A program made the translations under genes and the position numbers. The notes beneath the pieces were generated by a model, which saw nothing but the letters and a program-made list of their open reading frames with translations, did not search any database and was not told where the DNA came from. A DNA stretch of 59,618 nucleotides from Candidatus Omnitrophota bacterium (GTDB taxonomy: Bacteria > Omnitrophota > Gorgyraeia > JABMRN01 > RBG-13-46-9): contig CP070780.1 of assembly GCA_020346285.1 (NCBI GenBank), positions 164,265 through 223,882 of the forward strand. Reading direction: 5' to 3'. This document shows, one piece after another, positions 1 to 8,750 of this stretch; position 1 is the first letter of the stretch, and each line of letters opens with the position of its first letter.

Positions 1-735
1 AGCATTAAAGGCGCGGAAATCGTAAAGCATGCCGCAAACGCATTCCTTGCTACAAAAATCTCATTTATTAACGCAATAAGCAATATCTGCGAGCATATGG
101 ATATAGGCGCAGATGTCATTAAGGTGGCCAAGGGTATTGGAATGGATAGGAGAATAAATGAGAATTTTTTTGAGGCAGGCGTTGGCTTCGGCGGTTCATG
201 TTTTCCCAAGGATGTATCGGCGTTTATACATATCTGTGAGAAATTAGGCTATAATTTTAATTTATTAAAGGATGTAAAACGCATTAACGAGCACCAGAAA
301 ATAATATTTACCGGTAAAATCCATAAGATTCTGGACGGAAAACTCAAACGCAGGACAATCGGCATACTCGGCCTTTCATTTAAACCTAACACGGACGATA
401 TAAGAAATGCCCCTTCGCTCGATATCATAAGAAGATTGCTGGATGAAAAAGCTTTTATAAAAGCGTATGACCCCAGGGCAATGGAAAAAGCCAGGGAAGA
501 GCTGGGAGACAAGAGAATAGAATTTTGCAGCGATGCGTACGCCGTCGCAAAAGGAAGCGATTGCCTGGCTATTATTACAGAATGGAATGAGTTCAAAAGA
601 TTAAATCTTAAAAAGGTAAAAAGGCTCCTCAAGCGCCCCATAATTGTAGACGGGCGCAATATCTATGACCCGCGGATAATGAAGAAACTCGGGTTTAAGT
701 ATTGGGGAGTGGGGAGAGGAAAATTTCATGATTGA
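1..735 (+). CDS. ugd: UDP-glucose/GDP-mannose 6-dehydrogenase family, C-terminal part (5' end cut by window edge)
   Basis: Frame 1 is open from nt 1 (SIKGAEIVKHAANAFLATKISFINAISNICEH precedes the listed Met). Catalytic-Cys motif GFGGSCFPKD. C-terminal domain pattern GLSFKPNTDDIRNAPS ... IVDGRNIYD. Confidence 0.85.
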   Translation, partial: SIKGAEIVKHAANAFLATKISFINAISNICEHMDIGADVIKVAKGIGMDRRINENFFEAGVGFGGSCFPKDVSAFIHICEKLGYNFNLLKDVKRINEHQKIIFTGKIHKILDGKLKRRTIGILGLSFKPNTDDIRNAPSLDIIRRLLDEKAFIKAYDPRAMEKAREELGDKRIEFCSDAYAVAKGSDCLAIITEWNEFKRLNLKKVKRLLKRPIIVDGRNIYDPRIMKKLGFKYWGVGRGKFHD

Positions 736-1174
736 AGGTGTAAAAATAAAGAAACTGAAAATTATACCGGATGAACGGGGCAGACTCATGGAGATACTGC
801 GTTCCGACGATGAGCTTTTCGAAAAGTTCGGGCAGGTTTACATGACAACCGTAAAGCCGGGTGTTGTGAAGGCCTGGCATTACCATCAATTACAGCGTGA
901 TAACTTTTGTTGCGTTAGAGGAAAGATCCGGCTCGGTTTGTATGACGCGAGAAAGCAGTCTCCTACTTTCAAAAAAACGATGGATATAGTTATAAGCATG
1001 AATGAGCCGAAACTGGTTTCGATTCCCATGAATGTTTATCACGGTTTCAAGGGAATAGCCGATGAAGAATCCATCATAATAAACACGCCGACGGAGATGT
1101 ATAACCACGCGAAGCCGGACGAATACAGGATTGACGCGTATGATAACGATATACCCTTTGATTGGAGGAAATAG
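728..1174 (+). CDS. rmlC: dTDP-4-dehydrorhamnose 3,5-epimerase family cupin (short form)
   Basis: RmlC-like pattern PDERGRLMEI ... WHYHQLQRDNFCCVRGKIRLGLYDARKQSPTF ... VYHGF. The start overlaps the ugd stop and a purine-rich RBS (ggggagagga) lies upstream. At 148 aa it is shorter than canonical RmlC. Confidence 0.65.
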   Translation: MIEGVKIKKLKIIPDERGRLMEILRSDDELFEKFGQVYMTTVKPGVVKAWHYHQLQRDNFCCVRGKIRLGLYDARKQSPTFKKTMDIVISMNEPKLVSIPMNVYHGFKGIADEESIIINTPTEMYNHAKPDEYRIDAYDNDIPFDWRK

Positions 1175-1909
1175 ATGAAAGGCATAATCTTAGCAGGGGG
1201 CCTGGGAAAAAGGCTTTACCCGCTTACCAAAATCAGTAATAAGCATTTACTGCCGGTTTACAATAAGCCGATGATATATTATCCGATACAGACCCTTGTT
1301 GATGCAGGCATAAAAGATATTCTTGTCGTTACCGGCGGAAATCACGCAGGGGAGTTTCTACGCCTTTTAGGAAACGGGCATCAGTTCGGCCTTAAACACA
1401 TAAATTACACCTACCAGGAGGGAGAGGGCGGCATAGCCCAGGCCCTTGGTTTGGCAGAGCATTTTGCGGACAACGGAAAGGTAGTTGTGATTTTGGGGGA
1501 TAATATCATCGAGGAAGATATTAAAAAAGCGGTGGAAGATTTTAAGAAGCAACCCGCAGGCGCAAAGATATTGATAAAAAAGGTTCCGGACCCCGAACGC
1601 TTTGGCGTTGTCGAATTCGGCAGGAGGGGCCGCATATCCAAAATCGTGGAAAAGCCAAAAAAACCAAAATCAGATTTTATCGTTACAGGTATATATATGT
1701 ACGACAACAAGGTCTTCGACATAATAAAAACGCTCAAACCCTCCGGACGGGGAGAACTCGAGATAACAGACGTAAATAATGCTTATTTGGAAAAAAGAGA
1801 ACTTACATTTAGTGTCCTGAAGGGCTGGTGGACGGATTCAGGAACCTTCGATTCGCTTCTGCGGGCAACTAATCTCGTCGCAAAGAAACTAAAAAAAATT
1901 AAAAACTGA
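1175..1909 (+). CDS. rmlA: glucose-1-phosphate nucleotidylyl(thymidylyl)transferase-like
   Basis: N-terminal sugar-nucleotidyltransferase motif GIILAGGLGKRLYPLT. RBS ggagga upstream. Sits between the rmlC-like gene and rmlB. At 244 aa it is shorter than classical RmlA, so nucleotide specificity is uncertain. Confidence 0.65.
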   Translation: MKGIILAGGLGKRLYPLTKISNKHLLPVYNKPMIYYPIQTLVDAGIKDILVVTGGNHAGEFLRLLGNGHQFGLKHINYTYQEGEGGIAQALGLAEHFADNGKVVVILGDNIIEEDIKKAVEDFKKQPAGAKILIKKVPDPERFGVVEFGRRGRISKIVEKPKKPKSDFIVTGIYMYDNKVFDIIKTLKPSGRGELEITDVNNAYLEKRELTFSVLKGWWTDSGTFDSLLRATNLVAKKLKKIKN

Positions 1910-1922
1910 AAATGCAAAATTT

Positions 1923-2912
1923 ATGTATAAATCGATATTAGTAACAGGCGGGGCCGGGTTTATCGGGTCTAACTTCGTGAGATATCTTTTGCGTGCTACG
2001 CGCGACATGGGACATGTAACGAAGGTTATAAACCTTGATAAATTGACTTATTCAGCGAATCTGGAAAATTTGAGAGATGTTGAAAGAGACGAGAGGTACA
2101 GATTTGTAAAAGGCGATATCTGTAACAGGAGGGTTGTTTTTAAATTAGTTAAAGAATGCGATGGCATAATAAATTTCGCCGCCGAATCACACGTCGACCG
2201 CTCGATTAGGGATTCCACAGAATTTATCAGAACAAACGTTTTTGGCACGCAGGTTTTGCTGGATGCGGCAAAGGAATACAAGGTTAAACGCTTCCTTCAA
2301 ATCAGTACCGATGAATGTTACGGTAGCATTGCACGCGGATATTTCAATGAGAATTCACCGCTTATGCCCAATTCGCCTTATGCCGCCAGTAAGGCAGCGG
2401 CGGATCTTTTGGCGCGTTCTTATTTTACGACATATAAACTACCGATAATTATTGCCAGGAGTTCCAACAATTTCGGCGCCTATCAGTATCCGGAGAAAAT
2501 CATCCCGCTATTTATTACAAATGCGCTGGAAAATAAAAAAGTGCCGCTTTATGCCGACGGGAAAAACATAAGAGAGTGGTTATATGTTCTGGATAATTGC
2601 GACGCCATAAACTTTATATTCAATTGCGGTAAAGTGGGTGAGATTTACAATGTTGGCAGCGGAAACGAAATAAGAAATATCGACCTCACAAAAAAATTAT
2701 TGAATATACTGGGAAAAGATAGCAGCTTGATAAAGTTTGTCAAAGATAGGCCGGGACACGATAAACGATACGCCTTGAATTTCAATAAGCTCAAACGGCT
2801 TGGATGGAGGCCAAAACATAAATTTGAAAACGCGCTGGAACAAACAGTTCTTTGGTATAAAGAAAATACCAACTGGTGGAAGAAATTAAAGAAAAAAGAG
2901 AAATTTTGGTAA
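1923..2912 (+). CDS. rmlB: dTDP-glucose 4,6-dehydratase
   Basis: Extended SDR: [19 protein letters not shown], catalytic YAASKAAAD (YxxxK). 329 aa, and rml gene context. Confidence 0.85.
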   Translation: MYKSILVTGGAGFIGSNFVRYLLRATRDMGHVTKVINLDKLTYSANLENLRDVERDERYRFVKGDICNRRVVFKLVKECDGIINFAAESHVDRSIRDSTEFIRTNVFGTQVLLDAAKEYKVKRFLQISTDECYGSIARGYFNENSPLMPNSPYAASKAAADLLARSYFTTYKLPIIIARSSNNFGAYQYPEKIIPLFITNALENKKVPLYADGKNIREWLYVLDNCDAINFIFNCGKVGEIYNVGSGNEIRNIDLTKKLLNILGKDSSLIKFVKDRPGHDKRYALNFNKLKRLGWRPKHKFENALEQTVLWYKENTNWWKKLKKKEKFW

Positions 2913-2969
2913 TTTATTAATCCTCTATCAACCTGCCACAATCCGCCTTGATTCAAACCCGAATTTTCC

Positions 2970-2998
2970 TTGACATTAAGCCGTAAAAGGCATAAAAT
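2970..2998 (+). promoter_or_regulatory. candidate sigma70-type promoter (TTGACA, 17-nt spacer, TAAAAT)
   Basis: TTGACA at 2970-2975, exactly 17 nt of spacer, TAAAAT at 2993-2998. It lies in the 153-nt gap upstream of the regulator gene starting at 3066. Sequence match only. Confidence 0.5.
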
Positions 2999-3065
2999 GA
3001 TATCGTTCATTTTTAGAACACTAGCCATAATAACTATATTTTAATAAGCCCATAAATAGAATTAT

Positions 3066-3686
3066 ATGTCAGAATTAGAAAATAAATTCTTAAAACCCAC
3101 CGAACACTTGCGAAACCTCCAATTATTGGAAGAAATCTCCAAGAATGCCTCTCTTTCTCAGCGAAAACTTTCCCAAAGCCTGGGCCTGGCCCTGGGCATG
3201 ACCAATGCTTGCCTGAAAAAGATGATCAACAAAGGATTAGTCAAAGCCAAAGGTATAAACCATAAAAGGATTGCCTATTATCTTACCCCCGAGGGCTTCA
3301 GCGAGAAAACCAAACTCACCTATCATTTTCTTGAACACACCATCAAATACTATTCCAGGTTGAAGAATAATATAAGCGCAAAACTTGCTTTGCTTTCCGA
3401 GATCGGGCACAGACGAATAGTATGTTATGGCGCAGGCGAAGTAATGGAGGTGGCCTTTATTATTTTAAACAGTTTTAATTTTGAATTTTTAGTATTAGGC
3501 ATAGTAGATGACGACATAAATAAACATAGCAAGAAGATATTTGGGTTTCAGGTGCAACATCCGCGCGCCATAAAGGAATTGAAACCGGATGCAGTACTGA
3601 TTACTTCCATAGACTATAAGGATAAGATTATGCGCAGCCTGAATGGCAATAAGGATTTGACAGGAATTAATTTTTATACACTATAG
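3066..3686 (+). CDS. winged-helix (MarR/EPS-associated-like) transcriptional regulator fused to a C-terminal Rossmann-like domain (Rex-like architecture)
   Basis: N-terminal HTH-like segment SQRKLSQSLGLALGMTNACLKKMINKGLV. C-terminal RRIVCYGAGEVMEVAFII...LGIVDDDINKHSKKIFGFQVQHP...PDAVLITS resembles the Rex or NeuD-type nucleotide-binding domain. 206 aa. Confidence 0.6.
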   Translation: MSELENKFLKPTEHLRNLQLLEEISKNASLSQRKLSQSLGLALGMTNACLKKMINKGLVKAKGINHKRIAYYLTPEGFSEKTKLTYHFLEHTIKYYSRLKNNISAKLALLSEIGHRRIVCYGAGEVMEVAFIILNSFNFEFLVLGIVDDDINKHSKKIFGFQVQHPRAIKELKPDAVLITSIDYKDKIMRSLNGNKDLTGINFYTL

Positions 3687-3695
3687 GTATAAGAA

Positions 3696-3732
3696 ATCGA
3701 GGTTCGACCTCCGGAGGAGGTCGAACCTCGAT
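3696..3732 (+). promoter_or_regulatory. perfect 17-bp inverted repeat with a 3-nt loop (strong RNA hairpin or DNA palindrome)
   Basis: atcgaggttcgacctcc-gga-ggaggtcgaacctcgat, read directly. No T-run follows, so it is not a canonical intrinsic terminator. It ends 12 nt before the ATG at 3745, immediately upstream of the RBS aagggga. Confidence 0.75.
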
Positions 3733-3744
3733 CAATAAGGGGAT

Positions 3745-4743
3745 ATGAGCAAAAAAAAGGTCTTGGTTACCGGCGGAGCGGGTTTTATCGGCAGTCATTT
3801 AGTTAGCCGTCTTCTTGAGGACGGGCACGACGTGACGGTTATCGATAATTTCTCTACCGGCAGGCCGGAGAACCTCACGCATCAAAAAAACAACAGGAAC
3901 CTCCGGCTTATTGAAAAAGATATATCGGATTTTAATGCCATGAAACAATATTTCGATGGCATTAAAATCGTATTCCATCTAGCAGCATTGGCCGACATAG
4001 TTCCTTCGATTGTTAACCCGGCAGGGTATTACAGGTCTAATGTTACCGGGACATTTTGCGTTGCCGAGGCCTGCCGCCTGTCAGGGGTTGAAAAGCTCCT
4101 TTACGCCGCGTCTTCCTCTTGCTACGGAATGCCTCGCACGTATCCGACTGCCGAGGCCTCCGAAATCAATCCGCAATACCCTTACGCGCTTACGAAATAT
4201 TTAGGCGAGGAAACCCTCTTACATTGGGGCAAGGTATATAAGTTGCCGGTTATTTCCCTCAGGCTGTTTAATGTTTATGGTCCCCGTTCCCGCACCTCAG
4301 GGACATACGGGGCGGTTTTCGGGGTATTCCTGGCACAACAGCTTAACAATAAGCCATTTACCATTGTGGGTGACGGTAACCAAACGAGGGATTTTATCTA
4401 TGTTTCCGATGTAGTCGAGGCCTTTATTAAAGCTGCATTTTCAGATGTAAAAAATGAGATTTTTAATGTGGGCTCGGGAAATCCCCAGAGCATAAATAAG
4501 CTGGTTTCTCTTTTACGGGGGGATAAGATTCACATTCCTAAAAGGCCGGGCGAGCCGGACTCGACCTGGGCCGATATCAGCAAGATACAAAAGGTGCTCG
4601 ATTGGCAGCCAAAGGTCTCATTTTGCGAAGGTATAAAGAAGATGCTGAAAAATATAGATTATTGGCAGGATGCCCCTGTATGGACTCCTGAAAAAATACA
4701 AGAGGCTACCAGGGATTGGTTTGAATATTTAGCAAAGGAGTAA
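3745..4743 (+). CDS. NAD-dependent sugar epimerase/dehydratase (extended SDR)
   Basis: [12 protein letters not shown], catalytic YALTKYLGE (YxxxK), LRLFNVYGPR. 332 aa. Substrate not assignable. Confidence 0.75.
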   Translation: MSKKKVLVTGGAGFIGSHLVSRLLEDGHDVTVIDNFSTGRPENLTHQKNNRNLRLIEKDISDFNAMKQYFDGIKIVFHLAALADIVPSIVNPAGYYRSNVTGTFCVAEACRLSGVEKLLYAASSSCYGMPRTYPTAEASEINPQYPYALTKYLGEETLLHWGKVYKLPVISLRLFNVYGPRSRTSGTYGAVFGVFLAQQLNNKPFTIVGDGNQTRDFIYVSDVVEAFIKAAFSDVKNEIFNVGSGNPQSINKLVSLLRGDKIHIPKRPGEPDSTWADISKIQKVLDWQPKVSFCEGIKKMLKNIDYWQDAPVWTPEKIQEATRDWFEYLAKE

Positions 4744-4745
4744 CG

Positions 4746-6278
4746 ATGGATCCGAAAATAACAAAAAAAATAAAAACACTGAATGCGCTAACAAAAATTA
4801 TATCCGACTTTAAGAAAAAAGGAAAAAGGGTCGTCCAGTGCCACGGTGTATTTGACCTTGTCCATCTTGGACACATAAGGCATTTTAATTTAGCGAAAAA
4901 AGAAGGCGATGTCCTTGTTGTTACGATTACAAAGAATAAGTATGTTAAAAGGGGCCCCGGCAGACCTATTTTTAATGAGCATTTACGGGCGGAGACGCTA
5001 GCGAGTTTGGCTATTACCGATTATGTGTGTATTATTGATGCGCCTACCGCTACCGAATCTATCAAGGCCTTGAAACCCGATATTTACGCCAAGGGTATTG
5101 ATTATAAGAGAAAGGAAAAAGACATAACTGGTAAAATTTACGAAGAAGAAGAAGCGGTAAAAACGGTCGGGGGGCGGCTCGTATTCACCGACGATATTAC
5201 GTTTAGTTCTTCTAAATTAATCAGCGATTATCTCGACGTGTACCCTCCCAGGACCATTAAATATTTAAAGGCAATCGCAAAGCGCTATCCGATAGATTTC
5301 ATAACCGACAAATTACATTCGCTTAAGAGCTTGAAAGCCTTAGTCATAGGGGATGCCATTGTCGACCAATATCATTACTGTGTACCCATGGGCAAATCCT
5401 CCAAAGAGCATCTGATTGCAAATCGTTATTTATCAGAAGAATCCTTCGCCGGCGGCAGCCTGGCAACAGCAAACAATATAGCCAACCTTTGCGGAAAAGC
5501 CGATTTATTGACAGTGTTGGGGAAGGAAGCTTCCTTTCAAGATTTTATTAAAAGCAAATTAAGCCCTAACATCAAGCCTCTGTTTTTCTACCGACCTGAA
5601 GAGAACACTATTGTGAAGAGAAGATTTGTTGCCAAAGATACAAACCGGAAACTCTTCGAAATCTGCTATATGAAAGGCGAGGATATTTCCGGGCAGGAAG
5701 AGGCAAAAATATTGAATCAGCTTAAAAAAACAATCAAGAACTATGACTTGGTTGTTGTTTCAGATTTTGGACACGGGCTTTTAACAAAACCGATAATTAA
5801 ACTTATCTGCCAAAAAGCGAAATATCTTGCTTTAAACGTGCAGACGAATAGTGCGAACATAGGTTTTAACCTTGTAACAAAATACCCGCGCGCAAATTGC
5901 GTATGTATTGACCAAATGGAACTACGTTTCGCCGCACATGACAGATCTAACAATTTACGAACGCAGGCTAAGAAAATATATAAAGAGCTTAAATGTCAAC
6001 ATATTATTACTACCTGCGGCGCATATGGTTCCCTCTGCTATTCAAAATCGGGCGGTTTTCACGAGACGCCGGCTTTTTCCTATCGCGTTGTTGACGCAAT
6101 AGGTGCAGGGGACGCATTTTTCGCTTTTGTGGCACCTTGTTTTGCAAAAGGTATGCCGCAGGATTTGGTTTCTTTTATAGGCAATGCCGTGGGTTCTCTG
6201 GCGGTCCAGATAGTATGTAACAGGGAGCCGATTGAATTTGTTGACCTGATTAAATTTATTACAAGGTTGTTAAAATGA
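4746..6278 (+). CDS. bifunctional cytidylyltransferase-fold nucleotidyltransferase (N-terminal) / PfkB sugar kinase (C-terminal); HldE-like with reversed domain order
   Basis: N-terminal HxGH motif CHGVFDLVHLGHIRHF. C-terminal PfkB signature DAIGAGDAFFA. RBS aaggag. Followed, with an ATGA overlap, by a GmhA-like gene. Confidence 0.75.
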   Translation: MDPKITKKIKTLNALTKIISDFKKKGKRVVQCHGVFDLVHLGHIRHFNLAKKEGDVLVVTITKNKYVKRGPGRPIFNEHLRAETLASLAITDYVCIIDAPTATESIKALKPDIYAKGIDYKRKEKDITGKIYEEEEAVKTVGGRLVFTDDITFSSSKLISDYLDVYPPRTIKYLKAIAKRYPIDFITDKLHSLKSLKALVIGDAIVDQYHYCVPMGKSSKEHLIANRYLSEESFAGGSLATANNIANLCGKADLLTVLGKEASFQDFIKSKLSPNIKPLFFYRPEENTIVKRRFVAKDTNRKLFEICYMKGEDISGQEEAKILNQLKKTIKNYDLVVVSDFGHGLLTKPIIKLICQKAKYLALNVQTNSANIGFNLVTKYPRANCVCIDQMELRFAAHDRSNNLRTQAKKIYKELKCQHIITTCGAYGSLCYSKSGGFHETPAFSYRVVDAIGAGDAFFAFVAPCFAKGMPQDLVSFIGNAVGSLAVQIVCNREPIEFVDLIKFITRLLK

Positions 6279-6850
6279 GGGATGTTATCAGAGAAAATCG
6301 CCGGAGATTGAAAGAATTGTTTGACGGTGTTATTGCAACCAATGCCGAAGATACTGCTTTTGCCCTGGATGAGGCCATACATAACTCAATAAAGATGATT
6401 ATTGAACAGGCCGCCGCCGGCGGGAAGCTTCTTTTTATCGGCAATGGTGCAAGTGCTTCTATTGCAAGCCACATGGCGGTCGATTTCTGGAAAAATGCCT
6501 GTATACGGGCAATTGCCTTTAATGACAGTTCTCTGCTTACCTGTATTAGTAACGATTACGGCTATGAGCATGTGTTCGAGAAGCCGATTGAGATGTTTGC
6601 CGGGCCGGCCGATACCCTGATTGCGATTAGCAGTTCAGGTCAGTCAAAGAATATCCTCTGCGGGGTGTCCGCAGCGAAGAAAAAAGGCCTAAAGGTCCTG
6701 AGCCTTTCAGGGTTTAATAAGGATAACCCCTTAAGGGAGGCGGGGGATATAAATTTTTATGTGCCGTCTAAAAGCTATGGCCATGTGGAGGTAGTCCATC
6801 TTTCCATTTGCCACTTGCTTGTTGATATGATTATAGAGAAGAATGGATAA
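6275..6850 (+). CDS. gmhA: SIS-domain sugar-phosphate isomerase (GmhA-like phosphoheptose isomerase)
   Basis: LLFIGNGASASIASHMAVDF and AISSSGQSKNIL resemble the GmhA motifs GNGGS...H and ISTSGNS. 191 aa. ATGA overlap with the kinase/nucleotidyltransferase gene. Confidence 0.7.
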   Translation: MRDVIRENRRRLKELFDGVIATNAEDTAFALDEAIHNSIKMIIEQAAAGGKLLFIGNGASASIASHMAVDFWKNACIRAIAFNDSSLLTCISNDYGYEHVFEKPIEMFAGPADTLIAISSSGQSKNILCGVSAAKKKGLKVLSLSGFNKDNPLREAGDINFYVPSKSYGHVEVVHLSICHLLVDMIIEKNG

Positions 6851-7910
6851 ATACAAAATCGATAGCCAAAAACTTATCTACCATGTTCCCAGGGTACAAG
6901 AATGGCTGGAAGGCGAGGCTATCTATCCAATATATATGGAGATAAGTCCAACCGGGACATGTAACCACAGGTGCACGTATTGCGGTTTAGATTTTATGGA
7001 ATACCAGCCCCGATATTTAGAGACCGACATATTAAAGGAGAGGCTCTCAGAATTAGGGAAGCTGGGTTTAAAAAGTATTATGTACGCCGGGGAAGGGGAG
7101 CCGCTTTTACATAAGGATATAAAAGATATAATTAAGTATACAAAAAATTCAGGGATCGATACGGCAGTAACTACAAATGGGGTATTATTTAAAAGGGAAA
7201 TCGCCGATAATACCCTTGGCTATATGGAATGGATTAAGGTAGGCCTTGATGGAGCGACCCGGGAGACCCACGCAAAAATACACCGGTGTAGCGGCGATGA
7301 TTTTGATAAAACCCTTAGTAATATAATATATGCCGCTCGATTAAAGAGAAAAGAAAAGTATGCCTGCGCCCTCGGTATGCAGTTTTTATTGTTACCCGAG
7401 AATAGCCACGAAGTAGTTGCTTTAGCCAAGATGGCCAGGGATATGGGCCTCGATTACCTGGTGGTAAAACCTTATTCACAGCATATTCAAAGTAAGACGA
7501 CAATGTACTCATCTCTTAAATATAGCGATTATGCGTATCTTGCCGATGAGTTGGCGAAATTCAGTACGGCTGATTTCAACATTATATTCAGGATACATAC
7601 GATGAAAAAATGGGACGAGAAACGCCGAAATTATAAGCATTGCCTTGCGCTTCCGTTCTGGTCGTATATCGACGCCGGAGGCAATGTCTGGGGATGCAGC
7701 GTGTATCTTGGCGATAAAAAGTTTCTATACGGCAATATTTATGAGGAATCTTTTCAAAAGATCTGGGAGGGCAAAAAACGCTCACAGTCGCTTCGTTGGA
7801 TTGAAGAAGGGCTTGATATCTCCGGTTGCAGAGTCAACTGTAGGATGGATGAGATAAACGAGTATCTTTGGGAATTAAAAAATTTACCCGAACACGTGAA
7901 TTTTATATAA
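6843..7910 (+). CDS. radical SAM enzyme with Cys-rich C-terminal region
   Basis: CNHRCTYCG (CxxxCxxC) near the N-terminus. GEGEPLL glycine-rich SAM motif. C-terminal cysteines GCSVY...GCRVNCRMDE. Confidence 0.8.
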   Translation: MDKYKIDSQKLIYHVPRVQEWLEGEAIYPIYMEISPTGTCNHRCTYCGLDFMEYQPRYLETDILKERLSELGKLGLKSIMYAGEGEPLLHKDIKDIIKYTKNSGIDTAVTTNGVLFKREIADNTLGYMEWIKVGLDGATRETHAKIHRCSGDDFDKTLSNIIYAARLKRKEKYACALGMQFLLLPENSHEVVALAKMARDMGLDYLVVKPYSQHIQSKTTMYSSLKYSDYAYLADELAKFSTADFNIIFRIHTMKKWDEKRRNYKHCLALPFWSYIDAGGNVWGCSVYLGDKKFLYGNIYEESFQKIWEGKKRSQSLRWIEEGLDISGCRVNCRMDEINEYLWELKNLPEHVNFI

Positions 7911-7915
7911 TCATA

Positions 7916-8740
7916 ATGAAAAAAATGTTAGATTTAGAAAAGAAAACCAAGGAATTAAGAAAAGTGATATTGAAAACAATTTGTAAAGGAAGGGGAGGAC
8001 ATATTTCTGCTTCACTTTCGATCGTAGAGATCTTAGCTGTCCTTTACTACAATATTTTGAAAGTAGACCCTGGCAATCCTAAAGACCCCGAGAGGGATAG
8101 ATTCATATTAAGTAAAGGCCATGCCGCGGTTACGTTGTATGCTGTTCTTGCAGATAAAGCTTTTTTTGACAGAAAACACCTTGATACTTTTGGCCAAAGA
8201 GGGACGATTTTAGGCGGACATCCGGATATGCATAAGGTTCCCGGCGTGGAGGCATCCACAGGGGCATTGGGGCATGGGTTTCCTTTTGGAGTAGGAATGG
8301 CCCTGGCCGGAAAACTGGATAAAAAGGACTATCGTGTATTTATTCTTTTAGGGGACGGGGAATGTCAGGAGGGTTCTGTCTGGGAGGCCGCTCTTTTTGC
8401 TCCCCAGCATAAGTTAGACAATGTCATCGCTATCATAGATTACAATAAATACCAGGCATTGGATAGGCTGGATAAGATTGTATCTCTGGACCCCTTAGCT
8501 GATAAATGGAAGGCGTTTGGATGGGAGGTAAGGGAAGTCGACGGACATGACACTTCCGAACTGCTGAATGTTTTTAAAGACACCCCTTTTGTTAAGGATA
8601 AACCCAGTTTAATAATCGCAAATACAACCAAGGGTAAAGGCATCTCCTATATGGAAAATGCAGCTATCTGGCATTATCGGTCGCCTAATGAAGAAGAAAT
8701 AAAAGTAGTATGCGATGAATTAGACATGGAAAGTTTTTAA
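7916..8740 (+). CDS. transketolase, N-terminal (ThDP-binding) subunit
   Basis: GGHISASLSIVEILAVLYY, SKGHAAVTLYAVL, TGALGHGFPFGVGMALA, LLGDGECQEGSVWEAA. I chose the ATG at 7916 (MKKMLDLEKK); the listed 7868 start would overlap the upstream gene. Confidence 0.9.
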   Translation: MKKMLDLEKKTKELRKVILKTICKGRGGHISASLSIVEILAVLYYNILKVDPGNPKDPERDRFILSKGHAAVTLYAVLADKAFFDRKHLDTFGQRGTILGGHPDMHKVPGVEASTGALGHGFPFGVGMALAGKLDKKDYRVFILLGDGECQEGSVWEAALFAPQHKLDNVIAIIDYNKYQALDRLDKIVSLDPLADKWKAFGWEVREVDGHDTSELLNVFKDTPFVKDKPSLIIANTTKGKGISYMENAAIWHYRSPNEEEIKVVCDELDMESF

Positions 8741-8750
8741 GAAGGCTATA

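Noticed and set aside
3751-3758. A8 tracts near gene starts or inside genes (3751-3758, 4763-4770, 26287-26294, 35821-35828) as phase-variation switches.
   Set aside because: They all encode Lys-Lys(-Lys) in AT-rich, Lys-rich genes, and all of these genes are intact in frame. A7-A8 runs are expected by composition. The one actual frameshift is at a short A4 run.
7868-7915. Longer N-terminal extensions offered by the ORF track (7868, 15853, 17082, 46242, 37091, 51288).
   Set aside because: Each extension overlaps the preceding gene by 40-70 nt and encodes non-conserved sequence. Downstream starts give canonical N-termini and stop-start overlaps or adjacency.
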